From an uncultured Alphaproteobacteria bacterium (GTDB lineage: Bacteria > Pseudomonadota > Alphaproteobacteria > Rhodobacterales > Rhodobacteraceae), in NCBI GenBank assembly GCA_913031285.1, contig CAJWEI010000006.1:2401-66400 (forward strand): a stretch of DNA of 64,000 nt. Reading direction: 5' to 3'. The first letter of the stretch is position 1, and each line of letters opens with the position of its first letter. The position numbers and the translations under genes were made by a program. The notes beneath the pieces were generated by a model, which was not told the DNA's origin, did not search any database, and saw only the letters and a list, made by a program, of their open reading frames with translations. Below are positions 38,731 to 49,090 of the stretch, piece by piece.

Positions 38731-40344
38731 TTACTGCCGTGCAGCATTAAGATTTGTTAACCAATCAGGATCCATGTCTGGGACGGAGGATAATAAAAGC
38801 TCTGTATAGGCTGGATGTGGCGGCTGGAAGACATCAGTTTTCTGGCCTTGTTCCACAACTTCACCTTGGTTCATGACTACAACCTGATCTGAGATCGCTT
38901 TGACCGTCGAAATATCATGAGTAATAAACAGATATGCTAAACCTAAGTCTTTTTGCAGCCGCAATAAAAGCTTTAATATCCCTTCCTGCACGATCTGGTC
39001 GAGAGCAGACGTGACCTCATCACAGATAATAAAATCGGGATTAGCCGCCAACGCACGGGCGATACAAACACGTTGTTTTTGACCGCCCGAAAGTTCACTA
39101 GGGAGACGCTGCAAAAACTCACCGTTTAGTTCAATCATCTCCAACAATTCGAGAGTGCGGTTTCTTTTATCCACACCGCGCATATTTAGATAAAATTCCA
39201 GAGGTCTACCAATAATTTCGCCCACAGTCTGTCGAGGGTTCATCGCAGTATCGGCCATTTGATAAATCATCTGAATTCGGCGCTTTTGTTCTTTGGTACG
39301 ATCTTTCAGCACTTTGGGTAATTCTTCACCATCGAAGGTCACACTGCCAGCAGACTGTGGCAACAGACCTGTAATAACCCGCGCTGTTGTCGACTTACCC
39401 GAACCAGATTCGCCAACAACTGATACTGTAGTCCCTTTTGCTACCTCTATACTGACGTCAAAAAGAACTTTTGCAGATCCATAGGCGGCGTCGATGCCCT
39501 CTAGGGATAAAACGCTTTCGCTTTTTTGCTGCTCTGCCTTTTCAAGTGAGCGAACCGACCAGAGTGATTTAGTATACTCTTCTTTAGGAGAAGATAACAT
39601 TTCCCGTGTTGGCGCTTCTTCCACTTCTTTGCCATAACGTAAAACTTTTATGTAGTCTGCCATTTGCGCTACTACAGCAAGATCATGTGTGATATAAATC
39701 GCTGCAGTATTAAATTTTTCCACAATTTTCCGCATTGCCGACAGTACTTCGACTTGGGTCGTTACATCCAACGCTGTTGTTGGCTCATCAAACACAATTA
39801 AGTCGGGCCGAGGTGACATTGCCATTGCTGTCATTACCCTCTGCAGTTGTCCACCCGATACTTGATGAGGATACCTGTCACCAATATTTTGTGGATCAGG
39901 TAAGTTCAGCTCCTTATAAAGATCCATTGCATCACTATATGCTTGGTCTTTGCTTTTAGCACCGGAGCGGATAGTCGAAGCGGTGGTCTGTAAGATTAAT
40001 CGATGTGCAGGATTAAATGACGCAGCGGCTGATTGCGCTACGTAAGTCATTCTATCGCCCCAGAAGTTCCTTTTTTGAACATCAGAAAGATTAGCTAGAT
40101 CAACACCATCAAAATATATATTCCCACCTGTGATACGACAACCAGGCTGCGTGTAGCCCATAGCTGCCAATCCAAGTGTAGACTTTCCAGCACCAGACTC
40201 CCCAATCAATCCCATGATTTCGCCACGATGCAAGCGCAAGTCGATACCTTTGATTATGTCATGCCACTTCTCATCAGAAAAACCCTGAATCTTTAAGTCT
40301 TTTACATCCAAAAGAAGGTTACCACGTTCACTACTTTTATTCAT
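38731..40344 (-). CDS. ABC transporter ATP-binding protein, duplicated (DppD/DppF-like fusion)
   Basis: Two Walker A sites (GESGAGKST, GESGSGKST) and two signature motifs (VSGGQLQR, LSGGQKQR) are present. I prefer ATG 40344, which overlaps the permease stop, over ORF-track 40386. Confidence 0.9.
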   Translation of the reverse strand: MNKSSERGNLLLDVKDLKIQGFSDEKWHDIIKGIDLRLHRGEIMGLIGESGAGKSTLGLAAMGYTQPGCRITGGNIYFDGVDLANLSDVQKRNFWGDRMTYVAQSAAASFNPAHRLILQTTASTIRSGAKSKDQAYSDAMDLYKELNLPDPQNIGDRYPHQVSGGQLQRVMTAMAMSPRPDLIVFDEPTTALDVTTQVEVLSAMRKIVEKFNTAAIYITHDLAVVAQMADYIKVLRYGKEVEEAPTREMLSSPKEEYTKSLWSVRSLEKAEQQKSESVLSLEGIDAAYGSAKVLFDVSIEVAKGTTVSVVGESGSGKSTTARVITGLLPQSAGSVTFDGEELPKVLKDRTKEQKRRIQMIYQMADTAMNPRQTVGEIIGRPLEFYLNMRGVDKRNRTLELLEMIELNGEFLQRLPSELSGGQKQRVCIARALAANPDFIICDEVTSALDQIVQEGILKLLLRLQKDLGLAYLFITHDISTVKAISDQVVVMNQGEVVEQGQKTDVFQPPHPAYTELLLSSVPDMDPDWLTNLNAARQ

Positions 40345-41254
40345 CACGAAGACCACTGGTCTTATGAAGAAACCAATCAACCACAAAGTTCACGGCTACT
40401 GTTAATAAAGCAATTGCTGCAGCTGGTAGTAGAGGCGTCAGTCCCGCCCGAAGATCATATTGCGCAAATTGGAGAAGGTTTGCATTCTCACGTACCATTG
40501 ATCCCCAGTCAGCAGTTGGGGGTTGGATGCCGACGCCAAGAAAAGATAGCGCCGCTATAGTAAGAAACACAAAACAAAATCTCAAACCAAACTCTGCAAT
40601 CAAAGGTGGCATGATGTTTGGAAGAATTTCACGTCTCATTATCCACCCTAACCCCTCACCTCTCAATCTCGCCGCTTCGACATAATCCATCACAACCACA
40701 TTTACTGCAACTGAGCGCGTCAATCGAAATACCCTGGTAGAATCAAGCACTGCTATAATAATTATCAGGCTGGTAATCGTAGAGCCAAAAATAGACAGTA
40801 GAACTAATGCGAATATCAAGCTTGGGATAGCCATAAGTACATCAACTGATCTACTTAAAATTTGATCAATCCAACGACGGTCGATTGCCGCGGCCAAGCC
40901 AAGTGTGCCACCAATCAAAAATGACAAAAATGTTGTAGCAACAGCAATACCTACAGTATTTCGGGCGCCATAAATCATCCGCGAAAAAACATCTCGACCT
41001 ATTTGGTCCGTCCCAAAAATATGGGTCGAACTCCATGGGTCGTAAGGTGACGGAAAAACCTGAGCCTGGCCGTAGGGCGCTAATGCAGGCGCAAATACCG
41101 CTACAAGCGCATACAACAAAATTATTATTATTCCAAAGCGTGCAGTAAAAGGCGATTTACGCAGTTCCAGCTTGAAATTATCCCAAACACTCCGACGCTC
41201 GCTAAAGTTAGCATTCTCAGCATTGGCTGAATATGAGTGAGTCTCTTGGCTCAT
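40337..41254 (-). CDS. ABC transporter permease (DppC/OppC-like)
   Basis: 305 aa and multi-TM. It overlaps the upstream permease gene by 4 nt. Confidence 0.85.
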   Translation of the reverse strand: MSQETHSYSANAENANFSERRSVWDNFKLELRKSPFTARFGIIIILLYALVAVFAPALAPYGQAQVFPSPYDPWSSTHIFGTDQIGRDVFSRMIYGARNTVGIAVATTFLSFLIGGTLGLAAAIDRRWIDQILSRSVDVLMAIPSLIFALVLLSIFGSTITSLIIIIAVLDSTRVFRLTRSVAVNVVVMDYVEAARLRGEGLGWIMRREILPNIMPPLIAEFGLRFCFVFLTIAALSFLGVGIQPPTADWGSMVRENANLLQFAQYDLRAGLTPLLPAAAIALLTVAVNFVVDWFLHKTSGLRDE

Positions 41255-42231
41255 TTGGGATGAAGCAACCTTGGGTTAGTTATTATGCCGATGATATCAG
41301 CAATCAGGTTTAAAAGAATATAAGTGACTGCAAATATAAGGGCGCAGCCCTGAACTACTGGAATATCTCTGGTTGTTACCGCGTCAACCATTAGCTGACC
41401 GATTCCAGGGTAGACAAACACTACCTCAACCACGACCACGCCCACTACAAGGTATGCAAGATTGAATGCGATGACTGTTGCAATTGGTGCCCAAGCATTG
41501 GGAAGAGCATGCTTGATTATTACCTCGGTACGAGAGGCCCCTGATAGCTGCGCCATCTGGATGTAAGGGCTCGCAAGCAAGTTAATAATCGCAGCTCGCG
41601 TCATTCTCATCATATGAGCAATAATTACTAAGGTTAGTGTCAAAACTGGCAATGCAACACGTAGAAGACGTTCGTCTAAAGGAGTCGCGGCATCGACATT
41701 AGCTAGAGAGGGTAACCACTGGTTCAACGAAGATAGGAAAAGAATAAGTATATAAGCGACAAAGAATTCCGGGAAAGAGATCGTAGTAAGCGTAGTCGCA
41801 TTAATTGAGCGATCATAGATAGAATTGCGATAAAGTGCAGTGCTTATGCCAAGTAGAAGAGCCAAGGGAACTGAGATCAATGCTGTTATACCGGCCAGAA
41901 AAAGAGTATTCTTAAGTCGTGGTCCAATAAGTTCAGCAACTTCGCGTGACCTGTCCTGTCCACTAGCCGCACGCCCAGAAAACGATTGTCCAAGATCACC
42001 TTGGACTACTCCTACAACCCAGTCAAAATATCGAAGGTAACTAGGCTTATCTAGGCCCAATTCTAGCCGAAAGGCCGCAACTGTCTCCTTGGTAGCAGCT
42101 TGGCCAAGAACAATCTGTCCAAAGTCACCTGGTAGCAACTCAATTGAAATAAAGATTATAATTGAAACCGCGAGAAGGGTAGCTAGGCCCAGGCCTAGGC
42201 GCTGCAATACTGTGCTCAGAACTGGATGCAC
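41251..42231 (-). CDS. ABC transporter permease (DppB/OppB-like)
   Basis: 326 aa and multi-TM, with a typical N-terminus (...LQRLGLGLATLLAVSIIIF). Confidence 0.85.
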   Translation of the reverse strand: MHPVLSTVLQRLGLGLATLLAVSIIIFISIELLPGDFGQIVLGQAATKETVAAFRLELGLDKPSYLRYFDWVVGVVQGDLGQSFSGRAASGQDRSREVAELIGPRLKNTLFLAGITALISVPLALLLGISTALYRNSIYDRSINATTLTTISFPEFFVAYILILFLSSLNQWLPSLANVDAATPLDERLLRVALPVLTLTLVIIAHMMRMTRAAIINLLASPYIQMAQLSGASRTEVIIKHALPNAWAPIATVIAFNLAYLVVGVVVVEVVFVYPGIGQLMVDAVTTRDIPVVQGCALIFAVTYILLNLIADIIGIITNPRLLHPK

Positions 42232-42346
42232 TCGACCAATTCCTTTTCATTTTAGTTAGCAATGCTTACGAAGCGGAATTTCTAAAAACAATTGAAAGTC
42301 TATGGTTCAGGAGACATTGCCGCCTGAACCACTCTTAGAAAATCGC

Positions 42347-43939
42347 CTAGGCAAACCACCAGCGCTCGCACAATTTGGCGCCATCAGTGTTCCAGTTAGC
42401 TGCCAATTCTCCACTATGCGCTACTTTCTTACTACGTGCCCAAACGTTGTTATAGAACATGGGAAGCAAGCAGCCGCCATCGTCACGTATTAAGGATTGG
42501 CATTCTGCGTAAATTTCACCACGCCGTACCTCATTAAGTTCAGCGCGACCTTCTACTACCAACTTGTTAAACTTCACGGCAGCGTCAGTTGTCTTCCATG
42601 CTGTATCATTCCACTCGGTATCTTCTGTGTAAGCGGCAGAGAACATCCAATCTGGTGTAGGACGACCTCCCCAATAACATGCAGACCAACCTTTTTTGTT
42701 CCAAACATTTGACCAATAGCCATCATTTGGCTCCCGTATCACTTCAATACTTATACCTGCTTTCGCTGCAGACGCCGCCATTAGCTGAGCAGCATCAACA
42801 GCTCCGGCGAAGGCAGCATCAGCAGCAGAAAGCTGTATCGAACCAGAGTGTCCAGACTTTTTATAGTGAAAAGCTGCTTGATCGGGATCATATTCGCGCT
42901 GCTCTAAACCACTAGCATGATATGCTTGAGTAGCCGAAATTGGGTGATCGTTGCCAACCGCTCCACGGCCAAGCAATATTTTATCTACAAGTTCCTGCCT
43001 ATTTACAGCAAGCTTTAGCGCCATTCTCAAGTCGTAGTTGTCAAATGGTGCCACATCAAGACGCATAGGGAAGGTGTAATGGCCCGTACCAGTTGTTTCA
43101 TCAATCTCAAGATTTGGCGAACGCGCAAGCAGAGCGACAGTTTTAAGGTCAACTTTATCAGCGCAGTCAACATCCCCGTTCATAACCGCATTCTGGCGCG
43201 CCGTGGTGTCCATAATTGAAGTCATTTCAACGCGATCAAAGTGTGCCCGGTCCGACTTGAAATAGTTTGCGTTACGATTGAGCTTGGAATGCACCCCAGG
43301 CTCCCAATCATCGATAACGTAAGGTCCAGTACCCACTCCCGATGTCATGTCACCCTCGGGGCGGATCGAAATATGATAATCACTAACGATGTAAGGGAAG
43401 TCAGCATTTGGAGTTTCGAGCTCAAATACGACTGTGTTCGGTCCGTCTGACTTCACAGACTTTACAGCTGAAAGAAGACCCTTTGCAGCTGATTTGGATG
43501 CATCCCCTCCATGATGTTCGTACGAGGCTAAGACGTCATCAGCAGTTAAAGTTTTTCCATTATGAAACTCGACACCTTTATGAAGATTAAATCTCCATGT
43601 CTGGGCATCACTAGACTCATAGCTTTCAGCCAAATCGCCCTTAAGCTGCCCATCGCTATCAATATGGGTTAGGTGGTTAGATATATTATACGTATTTACC
43701 AACGTGAAGTGATTTTCTGAGGTTCCTGAATCTAAAGTATCAGTAGTAGAACCATGTCCACAGCCATAGCGAAATGTTCCACCTCGATTAGGGGCAGCCG
43801 CCTCAGCTTTATTCGCTAGCCCTAGCGCTGCTGGCACTGTTAATCCAGTAGCAAGGACGGACATCATAAACTTACGGCGATCTATCACTCCATCAGTCAA
43901 TTTTTGAGCTTGCTTCTCGATGAATTTATCTTTCATACC
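42347..43939 (-). CDS. ABC transporter substrate-binding protein, family 5 (peptide/nickel type), Tat signal
   Basis: From ATG 43939 (GGAGA upstream): MKDKFIEKQAQKLTDGVIDRRKFMMSVLATGLTVPAALGLANKAEA has a twin-arginine-like signal. The rest is SBP_bac_5-like. Confidence 0.85.
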   Translation of the reverse strand, partial: GMKDKFIEKQAQKLTDGVIDRRKFMMSVLATGLTVPAALGLANKAEAAAPNRGGTFRYGCGHGSTTDTLDSGTSENHFTLVNTYNISNHLTHIDSDGQLKGDLAESYESSDAQTWRFNLHKGVEFHNGKTLTADDVLASYEHHGGDASKSAAKGLLSAVKSVKSDGPNTVVFELETPNADFPYIVSDYHISIRPEGDMTSGVGTGPYVIDDWEPGVHSKLNRNANYFKSDRAHFDRVEMTSIMDTTARQNAVMNGDVDCADKVDLKTVALLARSPNLEIDETTGTGHYTFPMRLDVAPFDNYDLRMALKLAVNRQELVDKILLGRGAVGNDHPISATQAYHASGLEQREYDPDQAAFHYKKSGHSGSIQLSAADAAFAGAVDAAQLMAASAAKAGISIEVIREPNDGYWSNVWNKKGWSACYWGGRPTPDWMFSAAYTEDTEWNDTAWKTTDAAVKFNKLVVEGRAELNEVRRGEIYAECQSLIRDDGGCLLPMFYNNVWARSKKVAHSGELAANWNTDGAKLCERWWFA

Positions 43940-44311
43940 TATCTCCCAATTGGCAATTTGTTTGTTTCTACAGGCAGTAAAGGTTGGTTGCACACAATTT
44001 TCAACCCCAATTATTTATTTTCACCAATTGAGAAGCCGCTAATCGTAAATTAATATCAGAAAATGAGGTGTCTGAATAATATCATACTTAAATGCTATAG
44101 CCTGTGATTCATTAATTAAGTTGAGATCACACTTAATCTAACGAGACTAACTTATTTGCAGAAAAACTTGATCTTCTCGGTTTTTTTAAATAAATATTTT
44201 TCGAAGGAATTACCATGTCAAGATAGCGTCCTTAGTATTTGGTATCCAGAAGCGTCACACCCGCATTCAGCTTCTCAAGCTAAGCTCAATTAAAAAATCC
44301 ATTTTTTTGCC

Positions 44312-44340
44312 TTGAACAAGCGGAAAGTCCAGCGTAAACA
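44312..44340 (+). promoter_or_regulatory. Candidate sigma-70-type promoter for tRNA-Gln
   Basis: TTGAAC (44312-44317), a 17 nt spacer, then TAAACA (44335-44340). It ends 14 nt before the tRNA 5' end. Confidence 0.35.
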
Positions 44341-44354
44341 CATCAATCATCTGC

Positions 44355-44429
44355 TGGGGTGTAGCCAAGCGGTAAGGCAACGCTTTTTGGTAGCGTGTAC
44401 CGTAGGTTCGAATCCTACCACCCCAGCCA
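44355..44429 (+). tRNA. tRNA-Gln (anticodon UUG), CCA encoded
   Basis: I folded the cloverleaf by hand. Acceptor TGGGGTG/CACCCCA, anticodon stem ACGCT/AGCGT with loop TT-TTG-GT, T arm GTAGG-TTCGAAT-CCTAC, discriminator G plus CCA. It is very similar to E. coli tRNA-Gln. Confidence 0.9.
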
Positions 44430-45190
44430 ATCACCTCCGCAAGCTGAGACATTTTTGACTAGACTTGGTCTAACATAATATTACCAAAGAAACTTACGGA
44501 CGTGATCATTCAGATACTATTATAAGTCTATTGTCCTCCCTAATAATAAGCTAATGCCTCAGAACGCCATTTCCACGTTCCGTAGTAGATGTTTTTTGTT
44601 TGGTTTGTAGAGAGGCAAACAGTATATATTTATCAATCCAATCAAATCGAATGTTTCAGCGTACAATCAATCTACTGTACAAGTTGGCACTGACGCATCA
44701 CTTTCCCTAATCTGCGAACTTGTACAAGAAATCTGCCCATGGGGTCACATTGATAATTTTATCGCCGTTAAATCCACCTTTGGCTACCATATGAGTTTCT
44801 TGATGGCCATTTTAAGACAATCAAAAGTTTAATGAATGCTTTGTAGTGGCTACTTTCGTCTTGCGCGTCATGACCTATTCCGTAGAGGGAGATTAAACCT
44901 CAATAATCTAGTCAGCATATTGCTTTCTATCACTCACTTTAGCTTTGTTTAGATGGCCAAAAAACGGTATCTTTATTCATATAAAAATTAACCGTCTCTC
45001 CGCGGCTAAAGGTCTCGATTATCTGGGGCCATAAGCAAATACATATGTAATGCTGGTCAGCGACGCCCCTTTCAACCAATTTTTCCCACATGGATCGCGA
45101 TAAATTTGAGTCCCATAATACGCCTGTATGGGATGTTATAAGCCCCGCGCTTGTAGCATATTTCTTTTCTGTACTTACAAATCAGAATAA

Positions 45191-46324
45191 TCATAAAATT
45201 TCCGATAGCGTGCTGATAAGTCTATCAAAGTCTGTTTGATCATTCCAGAGATGCGGGGTGATGCGCAAATCTTGGTTGCGCTGCGACAAAAATAGCCCTC
45301 TTTCAGCGAGTACATCGAGAAAATCATCACGCGTTCCATCAGGTACTTTCGCACCGATAAAATGCGGACCCCTCAGATAGTGCGGCGTGGTCTTTAAACC
45401 AATTCCATCCAATCGCTCACACAGATCCCTGTTGTGTAAACCAAGAGTAGTCTGAATGCTGTCCACACCCCATGATAAAATTTGCTCAATTGCGCAAATA
45501 ACGCCAGGCATCAACGCAAAATTTGCTCGTTCACCCATATCATAACGTACCGCACCAGCTTCAAATTCTTCAGAATTTTCAGTCAATCTAGCAAAGTTAC
45601 GCCCTCCTTTCCGGGTAATCCAACCCTGTTCAAGGGGGCGACCATTAAGATAGGGCTCAGCCGCATATAAAAAACCAGTAGTGTAAGGCCCAAGCATCCA
45701 TTTGTAATTTGCTACAACGGCAAAATCTGGACGTATTTTGGAAAAATCGGTAACCATTGCTCCGACAGATTGCGTTAGGTCAAGTACTAAGGCAGCACCT
45801 ACCTCATCACAACGTTGCCGTATTTTAACTAGATCAACTAAAACGCCATTGGTCCATAGGACATTTGGCAAGGCGGCAATGGCAGTACGCTCATCGATCG
45901 CTTCAAGAACAGATTGCGTCGCAGCAAACCCATCTTCAACATCCACCTCCTTAAAAATGGCTTCACTCTCGCGAGCTTTTTTTTTCCATGGATACGTATG
46001 AGAAGGGAACTGATACTTTAGTGCCACAATTGTTTGCCCCTCGGCCAATGGCAGGTTGATTGCCGCTGTCGTCAAACCATAGGAGGCCGATGGAATGATT
46101 GCGATACTCTCCGCTGACACATTTACAATCTTTGCAAAAAGCGCTCTCACTTTATCAACATCATCAAAAAAATGACTGATTTTCAGCTTCCATGGCTGTG
46201 CTTTCAAACGTGCACCTTCATCAATCGCTATTACAACTGAGTTCATCAAGGGGGACATATAGGCAGTATTTAAGTACGAGACTTCGCTGGGAATATCAAA
46301 AAGGTGTTTTTGAGAGGGGATCAT
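45191..46324 (-). CDS. Aminotransferase class V-fold PLP-dependent enzyme
   Basis: 377 aa with the general class-V (NifS/kynureninase-like) layout. A candidate PLP lysine is at ...VVANYKWMLGP. Specific function not assigned. Confidence 0.65.
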   Translation of the reverse strand: MIPSQKHLFDIPSEVSYLNTAYMSPLMNSVVIAIDEGARLKAQPWKLKISHFFDDVDKVRALFAKIVNVSAESIAIIPSASYGLTTAAINLPLAEGQTIVALKYQFPSHTYPWKKKARESEAIFKEVDVEDGFAATQSVLEAIDERTAIAALPNVLWTNGVLVDLVKIRQRCDEVGAALVLDLTQSVGAMVTDFSKIRPDFAVVANYKWMLGPYTTGFLYAAEPYLNGRPLEQGWITRKGGRNFARLTENSEEFEAGAVRYDMGERANFALMPGVICAIEQILSWGVDSIQTTLGLHNRDLCERLDGIGLKTTPHYLRGPHFIGAKVPDGTRDDFLDVLAERGLFLSQRNQDLRITPHLWNDQTDFDRLISTLSEIL

Positions 46325-46527
46325 TTAAGCATCTTCTTTTTTCAAACATATCAAGCATACAAAATTTAACCACACAGGGAAATGGAAACATTTTGTCTAT
46401 TTACCTGACTGGAATCACAAAAACGGATATAAATTAAAAATTGCACCATCAAATAAACCAAAGGCGCTTCACACCTGCTATGCTGCAATAGACTTGACTG
46501 GGACCGTAGCGGCGTTTTAATTAAACT

Positions 46528-47553
46528 GTGACAACCAGAACTGAGACCAACAGAAATTGTCAAAGAAACCCTATGTCAGAAAAATATAAAATACCGGGGT
46601 GGAATCACACCCCCGACGCACCTATTCAAGTATCGCCATTTTTTATCTGGCCGTTGCGCCCTAAAAATATGATAATATGGATTTGTCAGCGATGGCTTGG
46701 ACTAACTGAAAACGCTATCCTGATATTTGTCTGTCTGATAACTTGGCATTGGTTTCAGCCTCCCCTTGAAACGACAAAAACCCTTGGCTTTGGTTGGATA
46801 GCAGGTATTTGGCTGCGTAATATTATTTTGATGACACTTGTCGCTGGTAGTTTGCACTGGTTCTTCCATCGACGGAAAGTGCAAGGGCATAAGCTTAAAT
46901 ACGACATGCGGGAGCTCTCGCAAAAGGGGCGTCAATTCAGCTTTGGCAACCAAGTTAAGGACAATGCGTTTTGGACCTTGTGCAGCGGCGTTGGTGTTTG
47001 GACAATCTACGAAGTTTTAATGTTCTGGGCGATGGGAAATGGATGGGCGCCCGTCTTATTTTTCGGGTCCAACCCAGTTTGGTTTATCCTGCTTTTCCTG
47101 CTGACACCCGTCTGGATTTCACTACACTTTTATTGGATCCACCGGGCTTTGCATTGGGACCCACTTTACAAAATAGCTCATGCATTGCATCACCGCAATG
47201 TCAATGTAGGCCCATGGTCAGGGCTATCCATGCATCCAGTCGAACATATCATGTTTTTCAGTTCAATCTTAATACATTTCATCGTTCCAGTTCATCCACT
47301 GCATATACTGTTTCATATGCAACATCAGTCACTCACAGCCGCAACCTCACACACGGGATTTGAAAACTTGCTTGTACGCGACAAAAAACAACTTGCCTTG
47401 GGTACGTTCCATCATCAAATGCATCATAGGTATTTTGAAGTAAATTACGGCAATCTAGAAATGCCTTGGGACAAATGGTTTGGCTCATTCCATGACGGAA
47501 CATTAAAATCACACCAGCAACTCAAAAGAAACCGCCAAAAAAGAATAGACTAG
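46528..47553 (+). CDS. Fatty acid hydroxylase / sterol desaturase superfamily membrane protein
   Basis: Three histidine boxes are present: HRALHW, HALHHRN and HHQMHH, with several TM segments. The start is uncertain (GTG 46528 or ATG 46573). Confidence 0.75.
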   Translation: MTTRTETNRNCQRNPMSEKYKIPGWNHTPDAPIQVSPFFIWPLRPKNMIIWICQRWLGLTENAILIFVCLITWHWFQPPLETTKTLGFGWIAGIWLRNIILMTLVAGSLHWFFHRRKVQGHKLKYDMRELSQKGRQFSFGNQVKDNAFWTLCSGVGVWTIYEVLMFWAMGNGWAPVLFFGSNPVWFILLFLLTPVWISLHFYWIHRALHWDPLYKIAHALHHRNVNVGPWSGLSMHPVEHIMFFSSILIHFIVPVHPLHILFHMQHQSLTAATSHTGFENLLVRDKKQLALGTFHHQMHHRYFEVNYGNLEMPWDKWFGSFHDGTLKSHQQLKRNRQKRID

Positions 47554-47589
47554 ATATTTGGGTTAACTGACTTTCTAAGACAAAAGGCT

Positions 47590-48252
47590 TTACATTTTTT
47601 TAATTTTAAAGGGGTGCTTTCTGTTCGGGTAGCAAGTTGTACAAATCTCGCAAACACGTCCATCGCAACCTCTAGCCGAACAAAATTCGCGACCATAAAA
47701 GATGATCTGTAAATGCAGCTTATTCCACGCGGATTCTGGAAAAGCAGATTTTAAATCTCGCTCGGTCTGAACAACATTGCTCCCTTTTTTTGTAAGGCCC
47801 CATCTTTGAGCCAACCGATGGATATGTGTATCCACGGGAAATGCGGGATAGCCAAAGCCCTGAGACATGACGACCCCTGCAGTCTTATGCCCCACTCCTG
47901 GAAGGGCCTCTAATTCTTCAAAAGTTTGAGGAACAATTCCATCATATTGCCTAACAAGAATCTTGGATAGCTCTAAAATTGCTTCAGATTTCTTTGGTGC
48001 AAGGCCACATGGGCGAATGATGTTATAGATCGTTTCCAATCTTACGTGCTGCATGTCAAAGGGTGTATTGGCCTGTTCAAACAAAGTAGGTGTTACTTTG
48101 TTAACTCGTTCATCTGTGCATTGAGCACTAAGCAAAACAGCAATCAAAAGCTCATAAACACTATTGTGCGTAAGTGGTGTTGGAGTTTCGGGATAAATCT
48201 CGTTTAGACGCTTCAGAACAAAGGCAGTTCGTTCACTCTTTAACACAGTCAA
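47590..48252 (-). CDS. nth: Endonuclease III
   Basis: 220 aa with an HhH-GPD region (LPGVGHKTAGVV...VDTHIHR) and a C-terminal 4Fe-4S Cys cluster (CSARGCDGRVCEICTTC). Confidence 0.9.
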   Translation of the reverse strand: MTVLKSERTAFVLKRLNEIYPETPTPLTHNSVYELLIAVLLSAQCTDERVNKVTPTLFEQANTPFDMQHVRLETIYNIIRPCGLAPKKSEAILELSKILVRQYDGIVPQTFEELEALPGVGHKTAGVVMSQGFGYPAFPVDTHIHRLAQRWGLTKKGSNVVQTERDLKSAFPESAWNKLHLQIIFYGREFCSARGCDGRVCEICTTCYPNRKHPFKIKKM

Positions 48253-48471
48253 TCACCCCACATAAATTGAACTCACTATGGATAAATCAGATACCTTTCA
48301 TCCTCAAGTATTAGTTAGAGTAGAAATTTAACCAAAGACTTTTGGCAATTACGCGGAGGTTAAGTATCAAACGAACAGCGCAGAAAACTAAGCTGTAAAC
48401 AACGCCCTCATTAGTCTTTCTACAGAAGTTAACCACAAAGTGGTTGCCTATAAAATTAGGTAACTATCCAA

Positions 48472-48933
48472 TCAATTTTGTACTTTCCAGCTTCCATCTG
48501 GTTGTCTGCAGGCTGTGCCATATGCCTCTTGTTTTACACCACCAATGACAACTTCCTGATTATATTCGCGACAGTAGCGATTGTTGGCCTGATAAGTTTT
48601 TACCGGCGTAAAGCTACCATAGTTCCCACTATCAGGGTTTTTCCAAACAACACTTTCATTAGAAGGTGTTCTTTCTAAAGCCTTCGTGTAGGCCCCAGAT
48701 GCCATTATCTTGTCAGCTTCATCCAATTGTTCACCAATGCTCTGTCCAATTGCACCACCAATAAACGCCCCTAAAACTGTTGCAATGCCTTGGTTTTTCT
48801 TTCCATGTGCCAAATCATTTGCTATCGCACCACCTGCGATCATCCCTGAAATTGCTCCAATATCTTTATTTGAACCGGGCGCACAAGAAACAACGAGTAA
48901 TAAAGCGACACAGGCTACTAAATACTTTTTCAT
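48472..48933 (-). CDS. Outer-membrane lipoprotein with a glycine-zipper and surface-antigen-like domain
   Basis: MKKYLVACVALLLVVSC has a lipobox. A Gly-zipper (GAISGMIAGGAIA...GAFIGGAIG) and a C-terminal ...YCREY...GTACRQPDGSWKV follow. Confidence 0.75.
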   Translation of the reverse strand: MKKYLVACVALLLVVSCAPGSNKDIGAISGMIAGGAIANDLAHGKKNQGIATVLGAFIGGAIGQSIGEQLDEADKIMASGAYTKALERTPSNESVVWKNPDSGNYGSFTPVKTYQANNRYCREYNQEVVIGGVKQEAYGTACRQPDGSWKVQN

Positions 48934-49090
48934 TTTTCCCTCTTTTTTAATTGGTTATAAAGTAGATCAATTTAACACTCTGGACAACATCCTGTTAACG
49001 CCAGATAACGCAAATAACTTTGCATGGGCAAACATCCGCGTAAGCAAAGCGATTTTGAGTAATGTCCTAAACAAAATTGAGGTCTTTAAA

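Noticed and set aside
44320-44332. GGAAAGTCC word resembling the RNase P RNA CR-I motif
   Set aside because: This is only a 9-nt match located 25 nt before the tRNA. There is no room or flanking structure for a 350-400-nt RNase P RNA. It more likely falls within the tRNA promoter spacer.
44267-44452. 61-aa minus-strand ORF
   Set aside because: It overlaps the hand-folded tRNA-Gln and is a by-product of that sequence.
48710-49090. 127-codon N-terminal extension of the Ldh_2-family ORF
   Set aside because: It overlaps the lipoprotein gene on the opposite strand. The open frame is explained by the Gly/Ala-rich codons of the glycine zipper read in antisense. Homology-like sequence begins at ATG 49091.
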